From: Macrostomum lignano
Lineage: Eukaryota
Direction of reading: 5' to 3'
Assembly (NCBI GenBank): GCA_002269645.1
Contig: NIVC01000106.1
Location: 496,001-560,000, forward strand
Length of the DNA stretch: 64,000 bases
Positions 1 through 13,400 of the stretch are shown piece by piece. Below the pieces are notes generated by a model that worked only from the letters and a program-made list of their open reading frames with translations, searched no databases and was not told the DNA's origin. The position numbers and the translations under genes are program-made. Positions within the stretch are counted from its first letter, which is position 1; every line of letters begins with the position of its first letter.

Positions 1-893
1 GTCAGGGTCCAAGTCTCGGCGTTGTACAACAGGACAGTCTCGACGACTGCCTGAAACAGCCGAGCCTTGAGCCCGTCGTCCAGGGCCTCAGATTGGAGCA
101 CGGAGCGCACAGATCGAAATGCGGCCCAGGCCAGTCCTCGTCGTCTCTTCAGGTCGTCGGCAACGTCCGGCACGGAACCGCCGAGGTACACAAAGCGCTC
201 GCAGCGGGTAAGCATAAATGCATTCCCGGCAGCGTCTCGGTAATTGATCTCGGCCGGCAAGTCGGAGGGCACCGTGAACACTACCGTCTTCCGCGCGTTC
301 AGCTTAAGGCCGACCCGCGACGCTGCCGCCATCAGGCCATCAAGCAGCCGCTGGGCACCTTCAGCCGTCGATGAAAGTAGCGCGAGGTCGTCCGCGTAGC
401 CGAGAACGGAGAGCCGCTTCTCCGGGTGCCACCGACTCGTGCGTCTTCTCAAAAGGAAGCCGTCATCCAGGTTGGGCAGGCCGGTTTTCAGCACCCAGTC
501 CAGTGCCAGCACAAACAGAAAAGGCGCCAAAGTGTCACCCTGCAGCACGCCTGACGACGTGCTGAATTGATCTGACAGTCCATCTGGCGTCATCACCGAA
601 GCGGTCGTGTCCTGGTACATCGCCATGATGGCGGAAATCAGTTGCTCCGGTACATTGTACGCACGAAGCACGAGAGGCAGCGCGCCGCGAGCCAGCGAGT
701 CGAAGGCCTTGAGGAAATCAATGAAGATCACCACGAGACTTGACTGATGGATGCGCGCCTCCTCGATGATGCGGCGGAGGGCTAGGATCTGCGTCACTGT
801 GCCGCGATGTGGGCGGAACCCGTTCTGCTCAGTTCGCAGGAACTGGTCCAGCACAGGCTGTAACCGAGCCAGCAGCACCCGGTTGAACAGCTT
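1..893 (-). mobile_element. 5'-truncated non-LTR retrotransposon (RTE-like LINE), reverse transcriptase region; runs off the left edge
   Basis: Manual translation of the minus strand gives a stop-free frame from 893 to 1: KLFNRVLLARL..EQNGFRPHRG..IFIDFLKAFDS..SGVLQGDTLAPFLF..VLGYADDLALL..GLKLNARKT..FVYLGG..LLYNAETWTL. These are the canonical non-LTR RT motifs, and the LLYxxETWTL thumb is typical of the RTE clade. Homology stops abruptly near 895. The ORF track misses it because the frame has no stop inside the window. Confidence 0.93.
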
Positions 894-1054
894 CGGTTGT
901 CCACTCGCGGGGCGCGGCCTGCGAGGTTTGATTGACAACGTATTTTGTTGTTGTTGTTGTACTTCAGAAATATTCATACAAACGGATCAAGCGGCTCCAA
1001 TATGCATGTGCTCTGCCCGAGGTTTATTGGCCAGACTTTTAACCATTTGGAAGC

Positions 1055-1766
1055 CAAAGGCCTGCACTGCAGGCCATATCGAAACGGCCCAAAAATCCAG
1101 AGATTGAACAATGTCTATGGCATCAAAAACCATCTCCCAATCACTAAAGCAACTGCCCAGTATGGCCTGCTGTGCAGGTCATGATTGATTTAAAGAAGTC
1201 CATTGTGCATTTCCGTTATGTTTTCACTCAAATGTTAAAGGTGAAATAAGCGTGTGCAGTGAAAATGAGGTGATGCACAAATGTATGTTTTGGTCGTATT
1301 AAATGTAGCTAACTTTAATCACTTCACTTTCGTCTGGATTTTCTGGTAGATCGATGCTTGGATTGATGGTCGAAACCCTCGGAATTCCGGCCGTCATGGT
1401 CAAACGAGTTGTCATTTCGACCCTTTTTTACTGGGTCCAGGGGGCTAATTCAACCCATTCCGCGGTCGCCTCATCTTGGCTCTCATCAGTTTCTGGATCC
1501 ATACTTTCCGACTCCGTTTCTGACTCAAAAACCGTTGAGTCATCGCTTGATAAAGCGTCTTCCGAATCGGAATCGAGTCCCAGTCTGCGCAAGGCGTCAC
1601 TTTTAGCTGTCCTTATCGGGCGCGTAGAAGCAATTTGTGGGTAGGAAGGTTTGAACAGGAGCTAGCAGAAAAAGTCTGTGGTATACTTTACTTCTGGGCT
1701 TCTAGGGTGTGCACTCGATTCAGCAAAAAAGACAAATTTGTCTATGGACTGCTCTGCAGGCCTTTG
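1055..1766. mobile_element. Possible degenerate non-autonomous DNA transposon
   Basis: Imperfect inverted repeats CAAAGGCCTGCAcTGCAGgCCATA (1055-1078) and the reverse complement of 1743-1766 match at 21/24. Both ends are flanked by AGC (possible 3-bp TSD). The minus strand inside encodes a broken acidic stretch (LDSDSEDALSSDDSTVFESETESESMDPETDES) like a transposase N-terminus. Confidence 0.35.
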
Positions 1767-2394
1767 AGCTTTTAAGCGATCTTACAGAACCAAGTTTGGT
1801 ATATAGCTATGATTATTTGGTAATATCAGATATTTGGCAATAATGAAGCTGAACTTGTGCTAAACGGCTCTGTTTTGTTTCAAACTGCTTTCTGTCTGCG
1901 TAGCAATGGATAAATAATCAGCGGTCCCAGTGTCGTGCTGCGACCGCTGATTATTTGCATTGTTATACTGCTTGATCATCCTACAAACAATGCATTGTTA
2001 GTAGTAATATATTGTTCTGCATAAAAATGTAAATAATGATCGTCAAATTGCTAGACAATGAATGGAGGCTTCACGTGCGACAGATTTTGTAGCTATTTTG
2101 AGGAATTCGTGTAGAAAGACATCACCACAAGTTTCGATTTTGAATTACAAAATGTACATTTCATGTATCTGAATTGCGTGTATCTGCAAGTTCAGCTTAT
2201 TTCATTTTTATATTTATTAGTCGATTTTCGTTGCAAAAATACTTTCGGCTCCTATCTGTGCAGCGAGAAAATTAAATATCATTTGCAGCTTACAATTGGA
2301 GGAGCATAATACGGCATGTGCATCTACTTGTACGAGTACCATGTGAAATTATGTTGTGTATGAACGAGTATATAGTGTGCCAGGATTCCAAGAG

Positions 2395-2597
2395 TGAACT
2401 GAGTGTAAAAGTGTGAGTGTGAGAGAGACAGTGAGAAAGTGAGTGTGAGGGAGTGAGTGAAAAAGTGAGTGAGAGAGTGAGGGTGAGAGAGTGAGGGTGA
2501 GAGAGTGAGAGTGAGAGAGTGAGGGTGAGAGAGTGAGGGTGAGAGAGTGAGGGTGAGAGAGTGAGGGTGAGAGAGTGAGGGTGAGAGAGTGAGGGTT
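2395..2597 (+). repeat. (GAGAGTGAGGGT)n simple repeat
   Basis: Direct reading; 12-bp period. Confidence 0.9.
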
Positions 2598-4477
2598 AGT
2601 TAAATTTCCAACACAATTCAATTTACAATAAAATTCAACTTACAATAAAGTTCTATTTCCAAAACAAGTAAACATAAAAACACTTCAATTTCATACAATA
2701 CAAAAACCGGCGGGTTTTTGTATTTTTGGGTCCAGTTGGTTTTCAAAACTTCACCAGTCACATAAGCAAAAGTGCCTGTCGTGGGCGAAGTTTTAAGGGC
2801 ACTTCTTCTAATCCAGCCATTGGCCGATGTCAGGGACTCTGTCGAAGATATCAATAATTGAATAGCGACGCATGCAGGAGGGGGGATATTTCTGCGTATG
2901 GGAATTCTTAATCACTTTGATTATTTATAAAACATAAAATACAGGGACATACATAGCTACAACAAAACAATTTTTATGGAAGCAATCATGCTAGCTACTG
3001 GCTCCGGTTTAAGACGGGTTTTAAGATCAGAAAGCCAAATTCATATAGAGAGAAATAGCTATAGCTAGCTATAAATTAGGAAATATAGGAATTCAGCACT
3101 TGCTTATTAATAATAACGCTGAAGTGCTTGATAAAATGTCCATAATTGGGTCATTTTGGGAGATTTATAAATTGAATAACATAAGGGAGAGTTGCCTCCG
3201 CCAGCGTACGCCACTAGCTATATACATTCAATATCGAGCAAAATATTATTTAAACATATTGTAACCAACATAGCTGAATCCCACACATAAACAAGCCCAA
3301 ACAAAGGAGAATATCGTAAAACCTAAGTTAAATCTATTAGTTAATATTTGATAATGCAAGGCTTAGCTATGGTGAGGAAACTCAAGGGGTCAGGTAAGGG
3401 TGAACTATTAAGATACCAGTAAAGCTAAATAACAATTAATAACAACTAATTCACTAGGATTAGCAATTTGATTCCATTAGCTACACGAAAACGAAGCACA
3501 AAAAAGCCCACAGGAAAGCAAATTCACTTGGTTAAACTGAGTATCGATGAAATGAGAAATATGATTAAGGATCATGCTAAAGCAAATGAATGTAACAAAA
3601 AATAGAGATATCAATATCAATTTAAAGCCAAAAACTGACTTCAAACTTAAAACAGGGTTTAATCATGGAGGAAAGAATCTATTCATGGCTTTAATATGTT
3701 ATCAAATAATTCTTCATAGGTTTCGACAGTTCTCAAAAAAATCAGGCAAAGGAAAATGTGAGGAATAATTCATATGCGTTAATACCTGATAAGTTAGAGA
3801 AAATAACAATATTTTAACTCACTTCTAAATTAATACTCTGTAACCATTATTTAGTAGTAAAATCGATTTAACTAATAAAACAAAAAGGATAAAAAAAATC
3901 AGCATTTAAAAGTCAACTTCAGTAGCATTTATTGGTATCCCACAGAATGCAACTACTCGTATTACTACGAGTAACACAAACAGGATTAGCTAGCAATGCC
4001 AATAAACTGATCAGCATTTAAAGGTTCTATTTATCAGCATTTTGCAGTAGCTACGAGTATATATAAACCACAGAAAATACACAGAAAAGTTAGTCAGCTC
4101 TCTCGCACAGAACCTGCTGATGTAGCAAGTTTGCTTTATACCTCTTTGATTAGGAGACATGCTTATACCACGAGCTAACAAAGAATAGCAGTTGAAGTCG
4201 CATGGTGGTTTACCAATAGCTATAACAATTATATAAGTTTTCTAACAAATTTACTAGAATACTCGCAATTTTACGATGTAGCTATCTCATCCTTGATTTT
4301 CAAAAGAAATAATTTCGAACTCACTTGTTTCAAGCCAGTTTAAAGCTAGTTTTAGTAACCAACTCAAACAACCAACCATTCCATGCATTATTCTGTGGTA
4401 CACCATGACATTGACAATATTAACAACAGAAACCTCCAGAACAAGATACCGTCTGTTGCCTTGCCTATGGCCTAAAA

Positions 4478-7400
4478 TTACCTTCTTAACTTAAAAATGT
4501 TGGCTATTGCCCCAAAAAAGACAGCACGCCTTGTACGAACACAATTTGACAGTCGATCAAAAACAAGCTTGCACTGAAATTGTTCGCAGATTGATAAAAC
4601 AGACCGACGTGAGCTATCTCTGTCAGTAAGACAGTCTGGTCCGAGCTCGTTCACCAGCCACTCGAGTGCTGAGCTGCTCACAGCATTGAAAGCAGCACAG
4701 TGCACTGCTGTCATGTTCTTCCATCCTCTCAGCTTGAAACACTCGACTCCATTCATCTTCTCTTTGATGAACTGCATTGATTCCGCCTTCTGGAACTCAG
4801 CCGCAATGTGGATGACTGTGTCATTGCCTGCATCTCTGTCAGTGAGACAGTCTGGTCCAAGCTCGTTCACCAGCCACTCGAGTGCTGAGCTGCTCACAGT
4901 ATTTCCAGCAGCACAGTGCACTGCAGTGTTTTTGTTCCATCCTCTGAGCTTGAAACACTCGACTCCATTCATCTTCTGTTTGATGAACTGCATTGATTCT
5001 GCCTTCTGGACCTCAGCCGCAAGGTGGATGGATGTTTCATTGATTGCATTTCTCTCAGTGAGACAACCTCGTCCGAGCTCGTTCACCAGCCACTCGAGTG
5101 CTGAGCTGCTCACTTTGTTGCAAGCAGCCCAGTGCACTGCAGTCGTGTTGCAACTTCCTCTCAGCTTGAAACACTCGACTCCATTCATCTTCTCTTTGAT
5201 GAACTGCATTGATTCCACCTTTTGGAACTCAGCCGCAATATGGATGACTGTGTTATTGTTAGCAGCTCTGTCAGTGAGACAGTCTTGTCCGAGCTCGTTT
5301 ACCAGCCACTCGAGTGCTGAGCTGCTCACTTTGTTGCAAGCAGCACAGTGCACTGCAGTCTTGTTTTGCCTTCCTCTCAGCTTGAAACACTCGACTCCAT
5401 TCATCTTCTCTTTGATGAACTGCATTGATTCCGCCTTCTGGAACTCAGCCGCAAGGTGGATGACTGTGTCATTAAATTGATCTCTGTCAGTGAGACAGTC
5501 TGGTCCGAGCTCGTTCACCAGCCACTCGAGTGCTGAGCTGCTCATTTTATTGCAAGCAGCACAGTGCACTGCAGTCCTGTTGTTGAATCCTCTAAACTTG
5601 AAACACTCGACTCCATTAATCTTCTCTTTGATGAACTGCATTGATTCCGTCTTCTGGAATATGGCCGCAATGTGGATGACTGTGTTATTGTTAGCATCTC
5701 TGTCAGTGAGACAGTCTGGTTCGAGCTCGTTCACCAGCCACTCGAGTGCTGAGCTGCTCACAGCATTGCAAGCAGCACAGTGCACTGCAGTCATGTTTTG
5801 CATTCCTCTCAGCATGAAACACTCGACTCCATTCATCTTCTCTTTGATGAACTGCATTGATTCCGCCTTCTGGACCTCAGCCGCAAGGTGGATGGCTGTT
5901 TCATTGATTGCATCTCTGTCAGTGAGACAGTCTGGTCCAAGCTCGTTCACCAGCCACTCGAGTGCTGAGCTGCTCACAGCATTGCAAGCAGCACAGTGCA
6001 CTGCAGTCATGTTGTTAATTCCTCTCAGCTTGAAACACTCGACTCCATTCATCTTCTCTTTGATGAACTGCATTGATTCCGCCTTCTGGAACTCAGCCGC
6101 AATGTGGATGACTGTGTTATTGTCTGCATCTTTGTCAGTGAGACAGTCTGCCTCGAGTTCGAAGATCAGCCATTGGAATGTCGATCCATTATCTGTGTGA
6201 TTCTCAGCTGCCCTATGCATCACTGTTTTCTGCCTGCTATCTCTTGCTTCGAATGGGTTCCAGTCCACTTCTGCTGCCTGCAGCAGATGTTTCAAGAACT
6301 CCATTGTCTCCGCAGTCTGACTCTTCGCTGCCAGGTGAGTCACCGAGTCGCCATCGCTGTCAATCAGCCGAAATATGTCGACCCCGTGCCCCATCTCCAG
6401 TAATCGAAGAACCGGCAGTCCGTCTCTGTCCCGAGCTGCAGCAAAAATGACGCCTTTGGCGAAGTCTTCTCCAGGTCCGACGATGTTCTCGGACACCTGG
6501 AACAGCAGATCATCAGTCAGCCGTTCGTCTCCGGCTGCTACCGCCTGCTTGATCTGCCTGTAAAGAGTCTGGGACGACTGGGAGGCCTCATATTCGCTGG
6601 GCTCGCTGGGACTCAGAGCTCTCTGAAATGCGGATGGGGTAGATTGTTATATTTAGAGGGTATGTTGTAGCGTATAAAATTGGCAGTGAAGCTCGGGGAT
6701 ATATTAGTAAATTACAGAGGGCAAAATAGAAACGTTTCGGCTTTGTTCGGTCTTCAGTGCCGTGCTATGTGACTGAAAGGTTGCAGAGCAGCTGTTTTCC
6801 GCTATCATGTCGATGAGCATTGCTGCGGACTTGTCTGTGCTGTTTTGTTGAGGGCATTCGTCAACCAAAACGCATCTAGCTGGAGAATTTGACATTTGCT
6901 CGGGTAGCTAATGAAGGTTGTGTTGCTGCCTGCCATTACTCCTTGTTAGGTCATTAACAAGGAACTCTATTGCAACGCCGAACTGACTCGTTAAAGCGAT
7001 ATTATTAAGTGTGCAGGAATGTTATTGCTGTACTCCTGTCAAATGTGAATGTTTCGAATTCACCAGAGTAACAACCGAATTCGCAAGCCGACGGGCAGTA
7101 AAAGTGCATGGCAGAATGCGCGATTGCAGTGCGGAGCACCGATGCTGATAGTGAAGTCTGCTTGCTGTTCGATCATTGACCCCTAGTTCTTGACTCAGTG
7201 ACAAAGAGGCTGCCGCAGCGCTACTGCCGCCCATAACTGCACTGCGCTAGGCGGAATCGTGGAGGTGCCGAATAACTGCTGCTAGAGCGTGCCAGAGCAT
7301 CTGGTTTCCGCTATCATGGCAATGGCGAGTAATGTTGTTGTGTCAAGAGTAGACGATATGTGGAACTCATTTGACGTATCCTCTCGGTTGCTCCAGGGTG

Positions 7401-9049
7401 ATTGAGTTCGAGTCTGCTTGCGTCTGTATCTGTCAGGGTTGCTGCCTGGGTGCTGAGGACCGACTTTCCTGCCAATGATGAAGGATTTTTGAGACCTTTC
7501 TTTGTTCGGCATTTGTCGTAGGTCGATACCGACTGAAGTGGCGGCTTTGTTTCATTGGCTGCGCCGACGGGCTCGTCCTGTTCTCAGCTAGAGATGAGGC
7601 GCTACCGAGTGATGCTCATCAATGGTGCCCCTTTTCTTTGGTTATTGCGCTTTTACTTTGCTTCCTCAGCTCTACTTAACAAATATGTCAAAGACCTTGT
7701 ACCACCCAGCTCAACCTCCGACACTTTGAGATGTTAAGTCAGCAAGCATTTCGATTTTGAGTTCGACTTTCACCTTTCACGAGTGGGAGTCTCTGGGTCT
7801 CTCGACGAACTTGGTGAAATATTGACTTTCATGTTCACCTGACATCCTTGATGCTGAAGGCCACAAGAGTCCCACAACCTTTTAAATTTCTTTGCACTAG
7901 TAGAGGAATGAATGTCCCATTGCAAAAACCGGCACTTCGGGAAAGCTTGAACACTTAAATATACAAAGTAACTTCTGATCCCGAATCATTCAGTCATTTT
8001 GAATAAACGCAATAAATATATTTATTGTCATTCAATGAGATAGTGGATTCATGAACAGAAAACCAGCTTAACAATAATAAATTGTAATCGAGTAAAGACG
8101 TTACACATTAAGTCAACAACCAATGAGCCTGAAATGCGATGTGACGTCACGTGATCGCCCTTTTAGATCATGCAGGTCTGAAATGCTGCGACTCCGTGAC
8201 GTCTCAAAGCGCCACTGAGATGCTCGTCATTGTCAACTTTGCGAGAGCTGTTGAGTACATCGCACATAACACAAAAAACAGAAACTGCGGCATGATTCCC
8301 AGCCAAGGATTCAGACCATATATTCCCAAATAAGTGGACCCAAATAAGTGCATATCCCAAGACAAAACTGCCTAATTAGATAATCTGAAGGAGTGCCTTC
8401 AGATTTACGAGATTACCATGAAGCACAGTTCTAATTAGCACAATAGCACAAAGCACAATTTTAAATATGAAATTGGGCTTAGTTTGCGTGAAACTGCAAG
8501 TAAAAAACTACAACTATAGCCATGAGGTATTAGAAGAGCACAGTGCACATTTTATGGATCGATTATGGATTCGGCAGAGCCGCTTCATCAAGCTCGCACT
8601 GGCGCAGGCGCGGCTGTGAAAGTTTTGTCAAAGTCTGGCGCAATAATCGAGCAAACAAACTTTAAGTGACGCAACAGCGCAGTGCAAACTGCGTCTGCAG
8701 CGCTGTCAAAGTGCGCAATAAAATTCTGTAAATTTTTCACTGCGCTCAAAACGGAGCAGCGAGTTCAAGGTGAGCGCCTTTGCCAGTGCACGTTTGTGAG
8801 AGCAACCCGTTATTCCCAGGCTCTCTGGCTCTCAGGCTACAGCAGCCTTTCCAATATTCGTGGAGAAGGAAGAAAAGATGACGGAAGACAGGGAGGCGAG
8901 AAAAACTGGAGAATCGTGGTGATATTGAAGGTCAAACCTGAGCAAGATCTACTGAGTTTGATAATTCATGAAGATAAATACAATTTTACGATTTCTACAG
9001 TACAGTAAACACAATAGACAGACGGCTGCTCAGTGCTCACCTCAGCCAT
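4478..9049 (-). CDS. Ankyrin-repeat protein, about 717 aa; model: ATG exon 9049-9041 (MAE) spliced to large exon 6622-4478
   Basis: The 672-aa ORF 4478-6496 extends without a stop to an acceptor (CATTTCAG) at 6623. It holds seven full 72-aa (216-bp) units, each two ankyrin repeats (TxIHxAA, TAVHCAA). The upstream exon 9175-9041 ends ATGGCTGAG|GTGAGC in phase 0, matching the phase-0 acceptor. A further upstream intron 9482-9176 has GTGAGT..TCTCAG ends. The 5' structure and any exons at 6.7-7.9 kb are uncertain. Confidence 0.85.
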
Positions 9050-9216
9050 GGAGCTGCCCGAGTCCTGCGTGCCGCAGATCTGCCTTCGGCTGCTCAAGGG
9101 CGGCTGAGTCACCCGATCGCTGCCGAGGTGCTGACGGAGCTGAGCTGCTGGGCAAAGCTTGAGATTGAGATGCGTCTGAGAATGCAAGAGGGGTTTGAAA
9201 TGATAGTTGGGTACAA

Positions 9217-9451
<235 letters not shown>

Positions 9452-10261
9452 AGTCACTAAAGCCATGGAGACAGGCACTCACCGGTTGCTCTTTGCGAGC
9501 TGTGTTGTGAGAATTCGGAACTAAAACTGTAAAGTTGTGTCTGTAGCTTCTCCGCTCCAAAAAAAGCCAATGCGGTCTTTGAAAGTTGAAGTCCACCTGA
9601 GCCTGAGACCGATCCGAGCTGAGGCGCTCCAAGAAGCCCCTTCTGCATCTCTTATAGAAAAGCTCGAAACGAAGAAAAGCAGAAAAGAAGGCTGGCAGAG
9701 AGCTAAACTTACAAGCAGATGGAGAACAATAGCGAGAGCTCAGCATCAATGCCTGTCTCTGTGCACCTATGTGAATTGAGCTGAATTGTTTTCGGATGCA
9801 CACGGACAGTTAAAGGGCCGCCACTGCACTCATGAGCATAGAGACAGCTCTGGCCCCTTATGCTGTTGCTAGGCAGCTCAGACCCCAACCTCACAGAGGT
9901 GGAATCGAGCTCGGAGACGGAGTGCTGGGGGGGGGTGGAGGTGGGGACCCCAAAGGCATTTAATTGAATAGTCAGTTTTAAAGCTTGTACGAGCGATTCA
10001 ACAGTAACTGAAGGAATCGTGCATATTTGAAAACAATACTGCTGCACAAACTGCAATTGCTACTCTAGCTTGCTCGTGAGAGAGAAGTGCGCTGGCTGTG
10101 TTCGAGTATAATGTTGGTGCGTTACATAAAGGGCAGGTTGGGAATGCACGTGTCTGCTACGTAGCTACGGGATCAGTCAAGGTTCCCCACATATATTCCA
10201 TGTACCATGAACTTGACTCGCTAAAGTAAAAAAATTCATGTATAGACCCTGCGCTCAGAAT

Positions 10262-10400
10262 CGGGAATCAGAATTTATAGGGATCAGGATTGGGGATGAG
10301 CATTGGGGATCAGGATCGGGGATCAGTATTGGGAGTCATTTAATGGGGACCAGGATTGGGAATCAGGATTGAGGGTCTTTGATTGGGGATCAGGATCAGA
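10262..10400 (+). repeat. Degenerate ~13-bp tandem repeat (GGGATCAGGATTG)
   Basis: Direct reading. Confidence 0.75.
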
Positions 10401-13400
10401 CTATTGTGAGTCAACAGCTGAATAAATTGAGCCTGAGGAGATCCTCGACCGCATCCTCGCAGCGGTGCTAAAAACGAAATCATTCCACAAAGATTTGGAC
10501 TATAATTGCAGCCTTTGGGACAACATATATTAACTATTTTGAGTCGATAGCATGGCAATGGCCAACAATCATATGCACATGTAAGCGAGTCTGAAGCGGT
10601 GCATGGTTCAAGAATCGAAGCAGTTAGACTACGAGCGTAATGATTCCCAAACTGGATAATTTGGCTCATAATGTATAATCACGAGCGTATATTAAATGTA
10701 AGAGTCAGATTCGAATCTAAATGTACTTGATTTAATAGATACATGTAGCATTTGATTCTTTATACAGATTCTTCTGCGGTACAAGTACAGTAGATGGAAT
10801 TACAGATTAATTTTGTCAAAGCCTATGGGCATTCAATTGAATGTCGAAATTGACACCCGAAGCTTACAAAATGCAAATCGACACTTCAGTTCAGGACTAA
10901 ACCAATTAATGTAGCTATAGGAATTCTAGCCATGAGGAGACTACAGCCTGATGTGGACCGGCCGCGAAGCCTTGATCTTTACCAGTAGATCTAGATCTTC
11001 TCTTCTCTTTTAATCTCCTCCATTAGCGCAACCAGAAATTTGTTGAAAGGGATTCTGCAGAGAGGGCATGGAAGACCTAAAAACGGACAGATGGGGTGTG
11101 GCTCGATCTCTACATATATTTTGTCATAAATGCGCTTAATAATCCCTGTTGTCATTTTTCATGCCTCCGCCATGCAACTAGAGGGCCGGGGCACCCCACA
11201 CCCCTGGGTGCGCTCCCCCTGATTTCCTCTCGATCGCCTCTCCTTCTCTAATGTATCTTCTCTTTCCTATCTTATCAAGCCCTCTCTTTCCTTTTCTCTC
11301 TGATCTTCTTCTTACATGTACCTTCTCTTCCTCATCAGTCCCGCTTATAATATAAGCTAGATTATTTACATACAGTCTATGGTCATTGAGCTCGAGGTAC
11401 ATGTAAAATCGGCCAAGTTTAAACACTAGTCCTAGGGGCATCGCCACCGGGGTGTTCAGGGGCCACGTCCCTCCAGAAAAAGCTGTCAGGGGACATGCGA
11501 GTGCTTTGTCCTCCCGCAACTTTTGTGACCCGGTTGTGGAAATCAGTAATTTTGTTTCAATACAGAGGAGCGACAAAATGAGTGCAAGGACTATACTGTA
11601 TATGTATGTAGTGGTCCTTGAATAAGTGCCTGCGGCACCGAAATGATTGCCTGCGCTGCTAAAATGAATGCGTGCCTCCGGTGCCAAAGCGAGTGTCTGC
11701 ATCTCCAAAATGAGGGTTAACTCAAACTATACTCAAAACTAATTATGTAATTTAATATAAACACGTAGGGATTTAGTGTTGTACATGTAGAATTCTTGAT
11801 TACACAGTTAAATTTTATTATTTAATTTCTTAAAGCACTTTAAAAACTGTTACATCAATTATGTCACAATAACTAAAATTGTATAAATATTTGTTATAAA
11901 GACAGTATTACATCTTCCGGACTTTTTTAAAGCTCCAATATATATTGCCCCACTTGCAACTCAGGGTGCAGCAGCAGCATAGTCTGTGGGCTGTGACCGA
12001 CCACTTTCTAATCATATTTTCGCCTAGCTGCTCAGACAAATGTTTGATTGGATTGTGCTCAAGGCAACCATTGCATTGTTTTAGCAGTTAACTGTTTTCA
12101 TTCATTATTTTGCATGTGTACATCTATGTTGTATACACTATACAGTGGTAGCAGAATAAAAGTGGGGCCAACTGGTCAGTGGAGTACCAGCTGGAGCTGG
12201 CTGGCTAGAGTTGAGTAGTTGACAGTTAGGGCCTATGCCATCTGTAGAGGCCCACTATGCCCCATGGAACCGTAGTATTATGAAAATGAAGCCCAGTTGA
12301 GGCTGGACTAGGTAGGGCCTAACCGCCTAATATATATGTTGAAACTGTATCATTTAGCCTAGTAGTAAAACACTAGGCTTAGCCTTGCTATTTAATAAGG
12401 CATTCTTCAAAAACCATTATGCTGTTAGCCTACACAGTATCAATTAATTTTAAGCTTAAATTTGTACCAAAACTTAGAAAATAATGCCAAAAGCCAAAAG
12501 GGCATTGAATAGTTTAAAGCTTTTTAAGACACTATGCAAATCATGGCATTGCTTGAGCTTGAACTTGAATAACTAGGCCCTATTTAAAATAAGTTGAGTT
12601 AGTAAAATTTTTTTAGCCACTTTATCAATTTTTCAATAGGCCTATATAAGCCTAAGTGTAGAAAAACATTTATTTAGGGCCTTAATTTAATATTTTCTTT
12701 TTTATTAATTGACCAATTTTAAAAGGCAGGCCCTAATTTATCCTTTTATTGTCTTTTTAGGCCTATACTAGGCGTAAGTCAAATCGGAATTATATAGGCT
12801 GGATATAAGGATCCTTGTCAAATTGTCAACTGGTATTTTATTGGTATAAGACCAAGATGGCCACACACCAAGATAGCCACAGCTAGGGTAAGGGTCACAG
12901 AAAATGACAACTGGTTTTCTATTGGATAGCTTTGGGTGGGGAGATGTAGGGTTGCAATGGGGGGTTTAGATAGGCAATCAAAATTTTATCAAGCCTAGTA
13001 TATTGTAGGGTTAGAGACAAAAATAGTTATGATAAGATAGGCCTAAGCAGATAAAAGGAGAGGGTAGAGATGAAAGAGACTTGAAGCTAGGTCATACCCT
13101 ATCCCAATCAAAGTCAATAGGAAATGAGGAAATAGCCTATATAGACCTATTTCTATCCAAGTAGCCATTTAAGCTATGGCCATCTTAGTATATGGCCATC
13201 TGTATGTGGCATTTTAGCTTGGCATTTTTGTCACTAAAAGGTGTCATTGTTATTCTTGCCATTTACCATTTACTTTTGTCTACATTCGGAAACACATTTA
13301 GATATTCAGATTTGGATTCGGAATTTTTTGTAGATTCAGTTTTAGAAACTTGCAAAAATTTATATTTGGTCTATCACTATGTGACAATAAATTAGCTTTT

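Noticed and set aside
4686-6200. Long antisense ORFs over the ankyrin repeats
   Set aside because: A by-product of a repeated unit with a stop-free opposite strand; no independent protein signal.
8120-8155. CCAAT + CRE (TGACGTCA) + E-box (CACGTG) cluster
   Set aside because: Short motifs with no adjacent identifiable transcription start; they fall inside a predicted intron. Not supportable as a promoter.
10940-10975. Possible hammerhead ribozyme (CTGATG..CGAAG)
   Set aside because: The core lacks the required CUGANGA and GAAA, and no convincing stems were found.
11425-12175. Transposon-end-like motifs (AGGGGCATCGCCACCGGGG; TACAGTGGTAGCAGAATAAAAGT)
   Set aside because: No matching inverted partner ends or TSDs were found in the window.
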